Origin: Candidatus Melainabacteria bacterium
GTDB lineage: Bacteria; Cyanobacteriota; Vampirovibrionia; LMEP-6097
Assembly: GCA_005110385.1 (NCBI GenBank)
Contig: DUDT01000009.1
Coordinates: forward strand, 1,660 to 65,659
Direction of reading: 5' to 3'
DNA: 64,000 bases
The notes beneath the pieces were generated by a model. The model saw only the letters and a program-made list of their open reading frames with translations. It did not search any database and was not told the origin of the DNA. Shown here one piece after another: positions 25,979-35,600 of the stretch. Positions within the stretch are counted from its first letter, which is position 1. Every line of letters begins with the position of its first letter. Both the position numbers and the translations under genes were made by a program.

Positions 25979-26968
25979 TCAGCTAGATGATTTTCTAGCA
26001 AAGGCTACAGCATTATGTGCATGAAGACTCTCTAAATGCTGTACTTTAATACTAAAATCGGAGAGATTTTCTAAGCTTTCACAGAAAAACTTTAACCTTC
26101 TTGCAGCATCCTCACTAAACATAAAGTTTCTACCATTAAGCCTTGCGAATTCTTGCTCATCTTCCCTTTTCACCGCTGCTTGGACGGGTGTTGATATAGC
26201 CTTTTCTAGACCATCTATTATCTCATCTAGATTAAGAGACTGATCACAATTTTCTATTTCTGTGTTTTCGTCGTTATCATTAATCTTAGGCTCCCCTGTA
26301 TGCATAAAATCTATATCAGCATAGCTTCTTTGACTATGAGGAGTAGCAACTTGACTTTCTTCTTTACCCAACCAATTATATATATCTGTAATACTAGGAG
26401 TTTGATCCCCAAATGTTTTTAAAAACTCTTCTTGTATAAGCTGCCGAGATAAGGCTGCGGAGCAAGGGCAGGTACTAGAGTAGGTTATTCGAATACTGGT
26501 CGTGAATGATATTTCATCTGCATGGTTTATCTCAGCTTTTAAAACCACCGGATAGGATCTCCAAGCATTGTTATCACTCACGAGAGCTGGTCTACGCAAC
26601 ATATAATCAAACTGGATTTCAACAAAGGCATTTAAACTCATATCTATATGAGACTCTTTTAATTTTTTAACTAAATCTCCAAGAGATTTATAGCTTAAAG
26701 GCTTCTCATCAAAAGTCTTATGTGCTTGCAATAGCAACCTCGACATATGTATCCCTTTTTTATGAGGAGCATCTAAACTAACATAAAGATTAGCGAAAGC
26801 TGGGATTAGGGTGACTTCCCCTTCGCTAGATTGAAGCTTAAGGGCAAGTTCAACCTTTTCCATCCCAACTTTTTCTAAAGTACCAGTAATTTGTGCTTTA
26901 GTTTCGATGGCAATATCTGGAAATGTGGGCGGTTTGTTCTTTTTTGTAGTGAAAAGTTCTACTTTCAT
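25979..26968 (-). CDS. folE2: GTP cyclohydrolase I type 2 (FolE2/MptA family) with a lineage-specific insertion
   Basis: KGIHMSRL and SSTCPCSAALS motifs of the DUF198/FolE2 family. Confidence 0.6.
   Translation of the reverse strand: MKVELFTTKKNKPPTFPDIAIETKAQITGTLEKVGMEKVELALKLQSSEGEVTLIPAFANLYVSLDAPHKKGIHMSRLLLQAHKTFDEKPLSYKSLGDLVKKLKESHIDMSLNAFVEIQFDYMLRRPALVSDNNAWRSYPVVLKAEINHADEISFTTSIRITYSSTCPCSAALSRQLIQEEFLKTFGDQTPSITDIYNWLGKEESQVATPHSQRSYADIDFMHTGEPKINDNDENTEIENCDQSLNLDEIIDGLEKAISTPVQAAVKREDEQEFARLNGRNFMFSEDAARRLKFFCESLENLSDFSIKVQHLESLHAHNAVAFARKSSS
26236..26268 (-). repeat. AAACGCAGAA-type repeat embedded in an ORF (encodes ENTEIENCDQSL), diverged
   Basis: gagactgatcacaattttctatttctgtgtttt aligns with the inverted consensus GGCACTnTTnCCGAACTTCAAnTTCTGCGTTT. 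Confidence 0.45.
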
Positions 26969-27040
26969 ATATATACTTATTTGTTTAATTTTAGCATTTC
27001 AAGTACAGCGTAATTTTAAATCTTGAGTTTTCCCTAAAGA

Positions 27041-28309
27041 TTAACTGTTGAAGATTTTAACACCATTTTCTGTAATTATTTCACTAATTAATGAATTTGG
27101 CGTTATGTCGAATCCTGGGTTAAGGAACTTGACCTTAGTGACAGAATTTAGGTCTTGGCATTGTTCCCGAGCTTCAATTTCTGCATTTTCGTCGTCCTCA
27201 TGATCCTCATGTATGCTGTTATTCTTAATAAAAGTGCAGGCTTTGCCATTTATATGGCTAACCTCCTCTGTATTTCGATATTCTATTTCGATTTCATGAC
27301 CAGTCTTTAGATTTAAATCTATAGTGCTTTCTGGGGCGAGGACATAGAAAGGTATGCGGTGATGTTTTGCAAGAATGGCTACCTGGTAAGTACCTATTTT
27401 ATTTGCGACGTCGCCATTCAAGGTAATACGGTCACTGCCTACTACTACTAAATCGATCAGACCTTTATCCATAATAAAACCAGCCATGTTATCGCAGATC
27501 ATAGTAACGGGAATGTCCTCCTGTGCTAATTCCCAAGCAGTGAGACGAGAGCCTTGCTGGCGAGGGCGAGTTTCATCAGAATAAACCATGTTAAGTAAAC
27601 CTGCACGATGTAAACTTCTTATTAGACCTAGAGCAGTACCATAGCCACCTGTAGCTAAAGCACCAGCATTACAGTGAGTGAGAACGTTTAATTTACCTGT
27701 TTCTTTAATCTTTAGGGCTAAATCTTTCTTAACTAATTTTAGAGCATGTTCGGACATTGCCTTACAGCGATTATAATCATCTTCTTGAATCCAAATAGCT
27801 TTGTTTAAAAGTATCTGGTGTAGTTTTTCTAAGTCAGTATTTTGTTCAAGTGATATCTGTAACGCTTTATTTTCTATATTGCTGTTATGTTCTTGAATAG
27901 TGGCAGCCATTTCTCCTAATGCCCATGCTAGATTCACAGCAGTCGGACGCGTGGATAGTAGTCGGCTTGAGGCTTGGTTTAGAAAATTAATTAATTTATC
28001 TTTTGAAGATGGGTTTAGAGCAGCATTTTTTGTATTTTCATTGTTTTCATGATTTTTCTCTAAACATTGATAATTAGGGTTAGTCTGTATAAATTCCTGT
28101 AAAGCAAGCACCATGCCGTAAGCAGCAGCAATACCGATTAAAGGTGCCCCACGTAAAAGCATTTTCTCAATGGCAAGAGCCATATCTTCATGATTCTTTA
28201 TTTCAACCCACTTTAATTCATAGGGTAGAAGAGTTTGGTCAATAATAAACACAGATTGGCTTTCATGATTCCAGTAAATAGGAATAGTCTCAGTCTTCAG
28301 CGCTTGCAT
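27041..28309 (-). CDS. mtnA: S-methyl-5-thioribose-1-phosphate isomerase
   Basis: eIF-2B-related fold. Motifs RGAPLIGIAAAYG, TRPRQQGSRLTAWEL and VGSDRITLNGDVANKIGTY, plus two acidic insertions. Confidence 0.9.
   Translation of the reverse strand: MQALKTETIPIYWNHESQSVFIIDQTLLPYELKWVEIKNHEDMALAIEKMLLRGAPLIGIAAAYGMVLALQEFIQTNPNYQCLEKNHENNENTKNAALNPSSKDKLINFLNQASSRLLSTRPTAVNLAWALGEMAATIQEHNSNIENKALQISLEQNTDLEKLHQILLNKAIWIQEDDYNRCKAMSEHALKLVKKDLALKIKETGKLNVLTHCNAGALATGGYGTALGLIRSLHRAGLLNMVYSDETRPRQQGSRLTAWELAQEDIPVTMICDNMAGFIMDKGLIDLVVVGSDRITLNGDVANKIGTYQVAILAKHHRIPFYVLAPESTIDLNLKTGHEIEIEYRNTEEVSHINGKACTFIKNNSIHEDHEDDENAEIEAREQCQDLNSVTKVKFLNPGFDITPNSLISEIITENGVKIFNS
27157..27189 (-). repeat. AAACGCAGAA-type repeat embedded in an ORF (encodes ENAEIEAREQCQ)
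   Basis: ggcattgttcccgagcttcaatttctgcatttt is nearly identical to the copy inside the methyltransferase gene at 56795. Confidence 0.75.
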
Positions 28310-28346
28310 TTAGCTTATTTTAGCGTAATGTATAATACTTTTATTC

Positions 28347-28874
28347 ATGAACAAGTCATTAAGGCTAAATTTGAACAGACAGTCTCTGTTAAAGACCACT
28401 GAGAAGCTAGGCGATGTGAGTGTGTTACGCCCTCTTTGCTGGAAGTATCTGCCTTATTTTTTTATAGTTTTTACTTTAAATATTTTTTCGATGCCTCTTT
28501 ATGCTGAAACTTTAAAAACTTATGATATAAATTTTTACAATGTCGCAGTGAAAGGCATTGAGCCGCAGGAGCTGAATCTTAAATGGAAATTCTTTTTATT
28601 AGATAATGATCAGATTCTTTTTAACAAGCCTGCAGATAAGCATAGAAATGATCAGTTTTGTAGTTATACTTTTGATATAGATGAGACTGGTAGAGTGATA
28701 GAATCCTCTATAAAATTAGTTGAACATCGTAAAAATTATGCATATAATTTAAAAGCTTTTGAGTTTTTGAAGGATTTTGACTTTGAGCTTAAGACGGTGA
28801 AATCTGAGAAAACTAAAAAACAGAAAAATACGGGAACTAATCCTAGAGCTGATTTTATCTATCTAGCATATTAA
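28347..28874 (+). CDS. Hypothetical membrane-anchored or secreted protein
   Basis: 175-aa ORF with one N-terminal hydrophobic segment. No recognisable motif. Confidence 0.45.
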   Translation: MNKSLRLNLNRQSLLKTTEKLGDVSVLRPLCWKYLPYFFIVFTLNIFSMPLYAETLKTYDINFYNVAVKGIEPQELNLKWKFFLLDNDQILFNKPADKHRNDQFCSYTFDIDETGRVIESSIKLVEHRKNYAYNLKAFEFLKDFDFELKTVKSEKTKKQKNTGTNPRADFIYLAY

Positions 28875-28920
28875 GCCCTTAGTAAGATTCCATCTTTGGA
28901 GCTGCTCCATAATCGCATTT

Positions 28921-30006
28921 TCAATTTTGATTAATTTTCTTTATAGCTTTATAATGCTGTAATTCTTCAAATGTATAATGATCTTTAATTTTAATTGCAG
29001 TATGCACAAAGTGATCGCCGGGTACTTTAGTTTTAGTATTCATAAGCCCGCGTCCTCTTAGCCGAAGTATTTTCCCGTGATTCGTCTGAGGTGGAATTAC
29101 TATCTCTACTTTAGAGCCTAGTGTTAGAACTTCTTTCTCCGCACCTAGGATAGCCTCATACGGCTCTAATTCTAGAGTGCTGTGTATATCATCACCATCT
29201 ATTTTAAACAGAGGGTGTTCTTTGATTTTTACCTTTAGATATAAATCGCCATTCCCGCCGCCATTTTTCCCGACTTTACCTTCACCAGTGACTTTTATTT
29301 TATTGCCTTCACGAACACCAGGTGGAATAAGAACCTCTAGCCTTCTCTGTCCTTGACCAGTACTGGTTATTTCAAGTTTGCGAGTGCTGCCATTATAAGC
29401 GTCTTCTAGATCTAACTCGATGTTCATCTCATAGTCAGCACCTTTAAGACCCTTAGCTTTTTCTTTACTTTCTCCGAAAAACATTTGAAAAAAATCACTA
29501 AAGGATTCATTCGGAGCGTTAGATTTAGTGTTTGAGCTTCTCTCTTTACTCGGAGAATTAGTATTGGCGTTTTTGTATTTTACGTCATTATATTGTTTTT
29601 GCTGATAGCTTTGTTGAGTGTTGTTTGCGCTAGAAGCATTATTCTCATTATTCTTAGTATTAGTTTGTGAATTAGCGTTAGCTTGATTATTTGTTGTATT
29701 AGAATTGTTGCTGCTTGCATTCGTATAGGAATAGCTTGAAGATTTACTTTGATAGGTATTGTTTTTAGAGGAAAAATTAGTTTGACTATTATGCATTGAG
29801 TCATACTTATCTTTTTTAGCTTTGTCTTTTAAAACTTCATAAGCTTCTTGTATTTCTTTAAATTTTTCTTCAGAGCCGCCATCACTATCTGGATGATATT
29901 TTTTAGCTAACTGTTTGTAAGATTTCTTAATTTCTTCGTCACTAGCTCCGAAACTTATGTTTAAAGTTTTATAGTAATCTTTAAATTCCATATCAAGATT
30001 GATCAT
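28921..30006 (-). CDS. DnaJ/CbpA-like co-chaperone (J domain, N/S/T/Q-rich linker, DnaJ C-terminal domains, no zinc finger)
   Basis: KKYHPD J-domain motif and a C-terminal GEGKVGKNGGGNGDLYLKVKIKEHP. Its ATG overlaps the rlmB TGA (ATGA). Confidence 0.8.
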   Translation of the reverse strand: MINLDMEFKDYYKTLNISFGASDEEIKKSYKQLAKKYHPDSDGGSEEKFKEIQEAYEVLKDKAKKDKYDSMHNSQTNFSSKNNTYQSKSSSYSYTNASSNNSNTTNNQANANSQTNTKNNENNASSANNTQQSYQQKQYNDVKYKNANTNSPSKERSSNTKSNAPNESFSDFFQMFFGESKEKAKGLKGADYEMNIELDLEDAYNGSTRKLEITSTGQGQRRLEVLIPPGVREGNKIKVTGEGKVGKNGGGNGDLYLKVKIKEHPLFKIDGDDIHSTLELEPYEAILGAEKEVLTLGSKVEIVIPPQTNHGKILRLRGRGLMNTKTKVPGDHFVHTAIKIKDHYTFEELQHYKAIKKINQN

Positions 30007-30731
30007 TGATCTTTTCTTTGTTCGTAGACGCTACTTAATATTATGCCCGTTGCAACGGAAACATTTAAACTATTAAATGCACAGGGGATATGAATTATAA
30101 AATCACAGGCTTTTTTAAGAATTGGGCTCAGACCTTTTCCCTCATTACCGAGTAAAATGACTGATCTCTTATCGAATTTTACCTTCTGGATTTCTTCACT
30201 GTTTTCTGATTTAACGTCAGTACCATAAACCCAATACTGATTTTCTTTAAGTTTCTTTAGTGTATTACTAATATTTCCTACTCTGATAACTTTAGTATTA
30301 AATATCGCACCAGCACTAGCTCTAATAACTGAATCAGTTATAGTCGTAGTATTACGATTACTAACTATTAGGCCGTCAGCAGAAAAGGCATGAACTGAGC
30401 GCAGCATAGCCCCTAAATTTTGCGGGTCTTCTATATTTACTGCGAAAATATAAGTTCTATCGCCCCCTTGCTCCAATAAAAACTTTTCATCATAAAGAGT
30501 AATAGGTGAAACTTCTGCGATTACGGACTTCCCTTTATACTCGTCAGATATTTTATCTAATTCTTTTCTTTCAACTTTATTTACAGGGATTTTATGCTTT
30601 CTAGCTAACTCTTCGATTTCTTGAGTTAAAGCATTTAGACTTTTAGCGAGCCATATTTTAGAAATAGAACCACCGGATTTTATGTATTCTAAAATCAGCT
30701 TAGCTCCGTATATTCGATTTTTTTTATCCAT
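30003..30731 (-). CDS. rlmB: SpoU/TrmH-family rRNA 2'-O-methyltransferase (RlmB-like)
   Basis: 242 aa. Motifs DPQNLGAMLRS, LLGNEGKGLS and SLNVSVATGI. Confidence 0.85.
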   Translation of the reverse strand: MDKKNRIYGAKLILEYIKSGGSISKIWLAKSLNALTQEIEELARKHKIPVNKVERKELDKISDEYKGKSVIAEVSPITLYDEKFLLEQGGDRTYIFAVNIEDPQNLGAMLRSVHAFSADGLIVSNRNTTTITDSVIRASAGAIFNTKVIRVGNISNTLKKLKENQYWVYGTDVKSENSEEIQKVKFDKRSVILLGNEGKGLSPILKKACDFIIHIPCAFNSLNVSVATGIILSSVYEQRKDQ

Positions 30732-32920
30732 TATTGATACTCGCTAAATGTCGCAGTAGGCTTAGTTTTAGGATCGCTAGCAGCTTTTTTCGCTTCAGGC
30801 TTTTTAGCTTTTTCTGATTCATTAATTTTTTTAAGCATCTGAATTTTCTCATCTTCTTCAGACATTTTACGATCATTAATATTCGTAAAATTTTCATCTT
30901 CTGCTTCATCGGATCTAGATTTAATATCACTAGTGTCTGGAACAGGCGCATAACGTTTAGGTTCTGTGCCTGGCGTAAACCTCATCTCCACCGGATTAGG
31001 AGTGTATTCAGTAGCCAGAAGACCAGTAAGGGGATCTATCTTCGCTGATACGTAATTATTATTAAATTTAAAATCGGTAGCTGCTCTAGGATTATTTTCA
31101 TAATACTTAAGCATAAATTCACGCCATATCCAAGCTGGAGTACTACCGCCAGTCGCGTAGCTAGAAAGCACTTCTCGGTTTCTTTCGTTACCAGCCCAGA
31201 CGACGGTAACTGTATCTGGAGTGAATCCAGTAAACCATATATCTCTACTACCATCTGCAGTACCAGTCTTGCCAGCGACGACTCGTCCTTCGATTTTAGC
31301 TAAAGCACCAGTTCCATAATTAACTACATCTTTTAAAATTTCGACTAATAACGATACATGTCTCTGAGGAAGCGCATCTACAGCTACAGGATCATTTTTT
31401 TCTATTACGTTTCCCTTATTATCTAAAATTTTTCTGATAAGCACGGGTTCTACCCTAACTCCACCACGAGCAAAGGTAGAATAAGCAGTCGCTACTTCTA
31501 GTGGAGTAAATGCCCCAGATCCTAATGCTAGTGATAAGTTCGGCTGCATATCTGATTTAATACCTGCTTTGTGTGCAGTGTCTATAACGTTGTTAAGACC
31601 AGCCTGCATAGCGACTTTAATGGCTGGAATATTACGTGAGAAAATTAAAGCTGCTCTTGCCGTGGTAGGTCCATGAAATTCCAAGTCGAAATTCTGTGGT
31701 GACCACACCATGCTTTCTGTAGAGGCATCATCGAAGACTATAGGCTCGTCTTTGATGATAGTGTTCTGATCTATGACGCCATTCATAAAAGCAGTTAAAT
31801 ATACAAAGGGCTTAAAAGCACTACCAATGGTATGTACGTTAGTTGCTCTATTGTATTGATTCTGCCAAAAATTACCGACTCCTCCCACTAAAGCTCTTAC
31901 TTGAGCGGTTTCTACGTCAATAGTAACTAAAGCTGCTTGATTAATTCCAGAGGCAGCATTCTTAATACCAGTTTCCATAATTTCAGCAGCAGCCATCTCT
32001 GCTTTAGGATCGAGGCCAGTATAGACTTTAAGTCCCATAGTTTTTAACTGATTCCTGGTAAACCTCTTATTAAGCTCTTGTTCTACGTAGCTAAAGTAAT
32101 AGGGATATTGAGCTAAGTTTCCCTGTGATTTTCTAAACTGCATTTTATGAATATCTGCTTTAGCGTATTCTTCTTTAGTGATATAGCCAAGCTCTAACAT
32201 TCTGTCTAAAACATACTGCTGGCGGACTTGCGCTTCTTTTAAATTTTTAGAAAGATGGCTAGGAGCCGTTAATAATCCAGCTAAATAGGTGGATTCTAAT
32301 AAATCCAGTTTACTTGCATGCTTACTAAAGTATCTTTGAGCAGCTCTTTCTATACCATAGGCTAAGTTACCGAAATAGACTTGGTTTAGATATATCTCAA
32401 GTATTCTTTCTTTAGAGTATTTACTTTCTACTTCAAGAGCGATAAGAAGCTCTATAACTTTTCTTCTTAAAGTTCTCTGGTATCTTTCATCTTCACGGAT
32501 AAAAAGATTTTTTACCATCTGCTGGGTAAGAGTGCTACCGCCCTGAACTACTCTTCCGGCTTTAATATTCGTTATAACAGCTCTAAGTAAGCTAGTTAAG
32601 CTGAAACCAGAGTGTTTAAAAAACTGGCTGTCTTCAGCAGCTAGAATGGATTTTTTAGCTAAGTCTGAGACTTGGTCTAACTGTATAACCTGCCTATCTT
32701 CCTCTCCCTGAAGCACTCCAGCTAATTTATCTTTATAGTCATAGACTTCTATACTACCTATAGGCTGGTAATTCTCTAAAATATCTAGAGAAGGAGCGCC
32801 TAATATCCTATTTAATATAGGTACTGAGAGACGGAATAAAAACGGTAAAGCTAAAAGCCCAATTAATACGGCTATTACTACTTTGTTTTTAAGAATTCTT
32901 AAAATCTTTCGTTGCATCAA
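30731..32920 (-). CDS. Class A penicillin-binding protein (glycosyltransferase plus transpeptidase) with a charged C-terminal tail
   Basis: GT51 motifs EDSQFFKHSGF and GGSTLTQQ. Transpeptidase motifs SAFKP and KTGT. Confidence 0.9.
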   Translation of the reverse strand: MMQRKILRILKNKVVIAVLIGLLALPFLFRLSVPILNRILGAPSLDILENYQPIGSIEVYDYKDKLAGVLQGEEDRQVIQLDQVSDLAKKSILAAEDSQFFKHSGFSLTSLLRAVITNIKAGRVVQGGSTLTQQMVKNLFIREDERYQRTLRRKVIELLIALEVESKYSKERILEIYLNQVYFGNLAYGIERAAQRYFSKHASKLDLLESTYLAGLLTAPSHLSKNLKEAQVRQQYVLDRMLELGYITKEEYAKADIHKMQFRKSQGNLAQYPYYFSYVEQELNKRFTRNQLKTMGLKVYTGLDPKAEMAAAEIMETGIKNAASGINQAALVTIDVETAQVRALVGGVGNFWQNQYNRATNVHTIGSAFKPFVYLTAFMNGVIDQNTIIKDEPIVFDDASTESMVWSPQNFDLEFHGPTTARAALIFSRNIPAIKVAMQAGLNNVIDTAHKAGIKSDMQPNLSLALGSGAFTPLEVATAYSTFARGGVRVEPVLIRKILDNKGNVIEKNDPVAVDALPQRHVSLLVEILKDVVNYGTGALAKIEGRVVAGKTGTADGSRDIWFTGFTPDTVTVVWAGNERNREVLSSYATGGSTPAWIWREFMLKYYENNPRAATDFKFNNNYVSAKIDPLTGLLATEYTPNPVEMRFTPGTEPKRYAPVPDTSDIKSRSDEAEDENFTNINDRKMSEEDEKIQMLKKINESEKAKKPEAKKAASDPKTKPTATFSEYQ

Positions 32921-33646
32921 TCAATAGTATAAATTATCTATCAGCTTGAACTCACCTTCATTCAGTGATAATTCGTATAAATTTAATTTTACGATGCGAA
33001 AACGCAGTAAATCTACTACTTCATAGCCTAAAACTTTACAGGATTGACGGATTTGTCTTTTATAACCCTGCTTTAGAATGATTTTAAATGAAGTTTCTGA
33101 TTCTTGATTCACTAGGCATGGTAGAGTTCTCGCTTTAATGCCATTTTTTTTAATTATAATCTCAACTCCAGCACTTAAATCTTTTAAAAACTTCTTGGTG
33201 ATTGGTTTATCTACTGTAACTAAATATTCTTTTTCATGCTCGAATTTAGGATGGCTGAGTTTATGGGTGATATCACCATCGTTAGTAAGAATTATTAAGC
33301 CCCGTGAGTTTTTATCTAGTCTGCCGATGGGGTAGAGGCGAAGTTTTTTTAATTCTTGAAATTTAGGATTTTTTTCCAAAAAATGAATTAAATTCCCTTC
33401 TATCTCTTCATTACAAGTGCATTCTACGCCAGCTGGTTTATTTAAAGCTAGATAAATTAATCTCTGTGAGCTTTCTGGGTTATAGATATATTCTTTACCT
33501 GCGTAATTAACCCTGTCACCGCTTTCTAGGCAGTAGCCTAGGCTTACGGTAACAGCGTTTACGGATACTAGTCCTTGACTGATTTTTAGGTCAGCTTGTC
33601 TACGAGAGCAGAGTCCTTGGTCGGCTAGGAATTTATTTAGGCGCAT
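32921..33646 (-). CDS. RsuA/RluB/RluF-family pseudouridine synthase (S4 domain plus catalytic domain)
   Basis: MRLNKFLADQGLCSRRQAD (S4 domain) and the catalytic GRLDKNSRGLIILTNDG. Confidence 0.85.
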   Translation of the reverse strand: MRLNKFLADQGLCSRRQADLKISQGLVSVNAVTVSLGYCLESGDRVNYAGKEYIYNPESSQRLIYLALNKPAGVECTCNEEIEGNLIHFLEKNPKFQELKKLRLYPIGRLDKNSRGLIILTNDGDITHKLSHPKFEHEKEYLVTVDKPITKKFLKDLSAGVEIIIKKNGIKARTLPCLVNQESETSFKIILKQGYKRQIRQSCKVLGYEVVDLLRFRIVKLNLYELSLNEGEFKLIDNLYY

Positions 33647-33694
33647 GGAGCTGAAGTTATAAAAAGTTAGCTTTTATAGTTTATCGGTCTCTTG

Positions 33695-35476
33695 TTATTG
33701 TAAATTAAAATTAGCATCCAGGAATTCACCGCTTTTTAATATTTCTACGGTTTCCTCAATGCTATAGATCTGATCTTTTGAGAGAGCCTGCTTGAACCAT
33801 GCTTTTTTTTCTGGAAATTTTCTATAAATCATCGTCAGCATCTTAAGTAACACTTGATTTTCTGCTTGATTTTTTTTAATTACTTCATCAAGAAAGGCTT
33901 TCATTTGATTTCTAGAGTTTACGTGATCTTCTAGCAATTTTTCTAATAAATCATCAAAATCCTTACTAAAAGAATCCCTCGTAAGGTCTATAGTGAACTT
34001 AAATAAATCAATATTTTTGGAGTTTAGCTTCTTGATAAGATTTAAACCTTGGTCAAAACTGTTTATTTGATACTGATTTAGGTAATAACGGTGATAAGGA
34101 TTATTCTCTAAATCGATTACAATTGCCTTATCGAATAGATCTTGAATATAAGCTTGTTTTTTTTTCTCAAATTCTGTCATTAAATTAACGGGAATGACAT
34201 CGTTTAAGGGCATTTTTATAATTTTTATGCCAAAGTATTGCTCAAGGTATTTACCAAGGTTACCTTCCCGTAAAGCAGGGCCGTAATTATGAGCAGAGCA
34301 AAGTTTTTTTAATAGAAGAGACTCTTTAATTAGAGTGTGATCTGTTAATGAATCAGGATTCAGATAGAAAGCTAATTCATTTGGTTGTAGTTCTTTATCA
34401 AGAAAGAATGCATTCATAATTTTAATTACATTTTTGAGTGCAGTAATAATTTTTTGCTTTATTGTTCCATTATCTTGTGATTCATAAGCATTTTTAAATA
34501 TTTGAGCTGCTATTGGCTGTTTTTGAATCTCCTCAAGAATCATCTTTAGGTTCCTTTTACTGCTGGCTCCAAGCGTTGAAGCGGGTGTTTCTATTTCTTC
34601 CAGTAAATTATTTATAAACTCAGGAGCTTGAGTGTTTTTACGGTCTATAGCACTAGAGGCATGCCTGAATATTGATTTTTCATCGTAAGTATAATTAGGT
34701 CCCTCACACCTAATACTATGACTTTTTCGGCAATTTTTTAAGGGCGCTGTTGAGTGAGGTCTATCTGGAAATAAGATAATGTAAAGATGATTTCTAGTCA
34801 TTACTATTGAAAGATCATCTGGATGCGTACCTGCCCCTAGTATGTCAGGAAATGATGGTCGACAATCGTCTGGGTGTATGTGTAAATTATCTACTGGTCT
34901 TGCAGCATGATGCTCTGGGGAATCATCTAATCGCAGGTACCCATACATCGTAAGTACGTGCCGAAGGAGGGTTCTGTGGCATTCTCCGTCAAATTCATTT
35001 ACCTCTTTTTTATCTTTTTTTCGTTCTTCTTCAGTCATTGCCCGACTTTGACTAACATTCACTCTATCTGGAACAAAATAAACTGCTCCTGGGATACCCG
35101 GAATTAGTACTGTTTCTCCACTCGGCACACCCCTGAACATTAAGTATTCTTGGGTCTTACCGACAGTACCTTGAGGGGCCATAAGGTTTTTTATTCCAAC
35201 CCTGCCATCTAGTATTTCTTGCATAAAAGATTTAGTTATTTCTTCTAATCGTTGAAGTTGAATTTGATTTTCTGAGAGTAAGCCTCGGAGCTGCTCTTGA
35301 GTGATATAAGGGATGTGATCGCGCGCTGCTTGATCTACTTGGCTTCGGGGGCTTGCTAGATTTTTTCCTTGAGCTCTAGGAGCGCGGGCGTCAGCTTTCC
35401 TTGTAGCTAATAGCGCGGGCTTTACATCTACATCTACAGGTAAGGAGTTAGCAGAAATCGAATTTATAGTATTCAT
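33695..35476 (-). CDS. Hypothetical 593-aa protein (orphan; G+C-rich 5' half, AT-rich 3' half)
   Basis: Long ORF with an ATG start. I recognise no motif. Composition shifts strongly within the gene. Confidence 0.7.
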   Translation of the reverse strand: MNTINSISANSLPVDVDVKPALLATRKADARAPRAQGKNLASPRSQVDQAARDHIPYITQEQLRGLLSENQIQLQRLEEITKSFMQEILDGRVGIKNLMAPQGTVGKTQEYLMFRGVPSGETVLIPGIPGAVYFVPDRVNVSQSRAMTEEERKKDKKEVNEFDGECHRTLLRHVLTMYGYLRLDDSPEHHAARPVDNLHIHPDDCRPSFPDILGAGTHPDDLSIVMTRNHLYIILFPDRPHSTAPLKNCRKSHSIRCEGPNYTYDEKSIFRHASSAIDRKNTQAPEFINNLLEEIETPASTLGASSKRNLKMILEEIQKQPIAAQIFKNAYESQDNGTIKQKIITALKNVIKIMNAFFLDKELQPNELAFYLNPDSLTDHTLIKESLLLKKLCSAHNYGPALREGNLGKYLEQYFGIKIIKMPLNDVIPVNLMTEFEKKKQAYIQDLFDKAIVIDLENNPYHRYYLNQYQINSFDQGLNLIKKLNSKNIDLFKFTIDLTRDSFSKDFDDLLEKLLEDHVNSRNQMKAFLDEVIKKNQAENQVLLKMLTMIYRKFPEKKAWFKQALSKDQIYSIEETVEILKSGEFLDANFNLQ

Positions 35477-35600
35477 TTAACTAATTCGTGATACGAGTTA
35501 TTGGTCAAAATAATATCATACCCTGGCGAGAGGTTTCTCGTTAATTTTGATCGATATCATTTTTATAAGACTTATTTTAATTTGCTAAAATAAGCCCTCT

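Noticed and set aside
30724-30951. 75-aa Lys-rich ORF overlapping the PBP 3' end
   Set aside because: It is an alternative frame of the low-complexity charged tail of the class A PBP gene, with no independent signals.
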